Shown here in pieces: positions 63,454-64,000 of a stretch of 64,000 bases of DNA (its first letter is position 1; every line of letters starts with the position of its first letter). Made by a program: the position numbers and the translations under genes. Source of the DNA: an uncultured bacterium (GTDB lineage Bacteria; Chloroflexota; UBA5177; JANWHV01). Under the pieces are notes generated by a model, which saw nothing but the letters and a program-made list of their open reading frames with translations, ran no database searches and had not been told where the DNA came from. The stretch is from the NCBI GenBank assembly GCA_963827235.1, contig CAWHAE010000009.1, positions 928,001-992,000 on the forward strand, read 5' to 3'.

Positions 63454-64000
63454 TAAGCGACGCCTCGAGGTGGCTTCCGGCAGTTTCCAGCTGGTTCGCG
63501 GCGGTGTCGAGCCGGCCGAGGACGCGATGTGCCGCGAGCAGGGCCAGCGGCTGTCGTGGCGTCGCGGCACACTCCAGTGCATGCGCTGCCCGCTCGGCAG
63601 CGCTATCCGGCCTTGCGGCGGCGTGAAGGCAGGCTGCCCAACCGAGGTGCCTCTCCGCCCGGCCCAACACCGCCCCGCTCCAGGAAAGCCAGCGGTCGTG
63701 AGCTTCCAGCCAGGCGCGCGCGGCAGGGAGATTGCCCGACGCGATGGCCAGGCCTGCCGCGACCAGCCTGCAGGTCAGGTCCATTGGACAGCCAGGTATC
63801 GCCGGCCTGGGAGCCGAGCCCGGCAGGCAGCACCACCATGACCTCTGCCCACGCAAGGTCGATCTCGCCCGTGTACAGAGCGAGAGGTCCAAGCACTCGC
63901 GCGGCAAAGAGCCGCTAGTTGATGATCCCTTCCGCGGCCGCGGCCTCCAGCGCCGCCCTGCGCGCCTCCGACCACCGTCCGCTCAGGAACAATAGCGGAA
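63454..64000 (-). pseudogene. 5' part of the IS-interrupted LuxR-type regulator (continues beyond the window)
   Basis: AARAWLEAHDRWLSWSGAVLGRAE..RQPLALLAAHRVLGRL; reading frame looks disturbed toward the window edge. Confidence 0.75.

Noticed and set aside
1-64000. tRNA or rRNA genes
   Set aside because: None recognised by eye; tRNAscan-SE or barrnap would be decisive.

Overview
GC-rich bacterial chromosomal window, probably Chloroflexota-like (an inference from gene content). It holds housekeeping genes (folC, trxB, leuS with a Leu T-box, birA, pfkA, glyQS, msrA/msrB, ArsR-CDF pair), an accessory chemosensory cluster with two CheA and a triple CheW, and a surface pair made of a thioester-less alpha-2-macroglobulin and a degenerate zinc-peptidase-like protein. 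The right end has a three-layer nested insertion. A LuxR-type regulator is split by an IS630 element (about 58899-63453). The IS630 transposase is in turn split at its WLNQIE/IYFS motif by a 3261-bp large-serine-recombinase element (59951-63211) with a GA crossover. Circularising that element in silico joins an RBS+ATG at its right end in frame to the first ORF at its left end, whose 5' part has no start codon, so the full gene would exist only in the excised circle. This is the main finding. Several genes, including leuS, carry single-base frameshifts that are probably assembly errors. Family assignments come from motif recognition by eye; no database searches were run.
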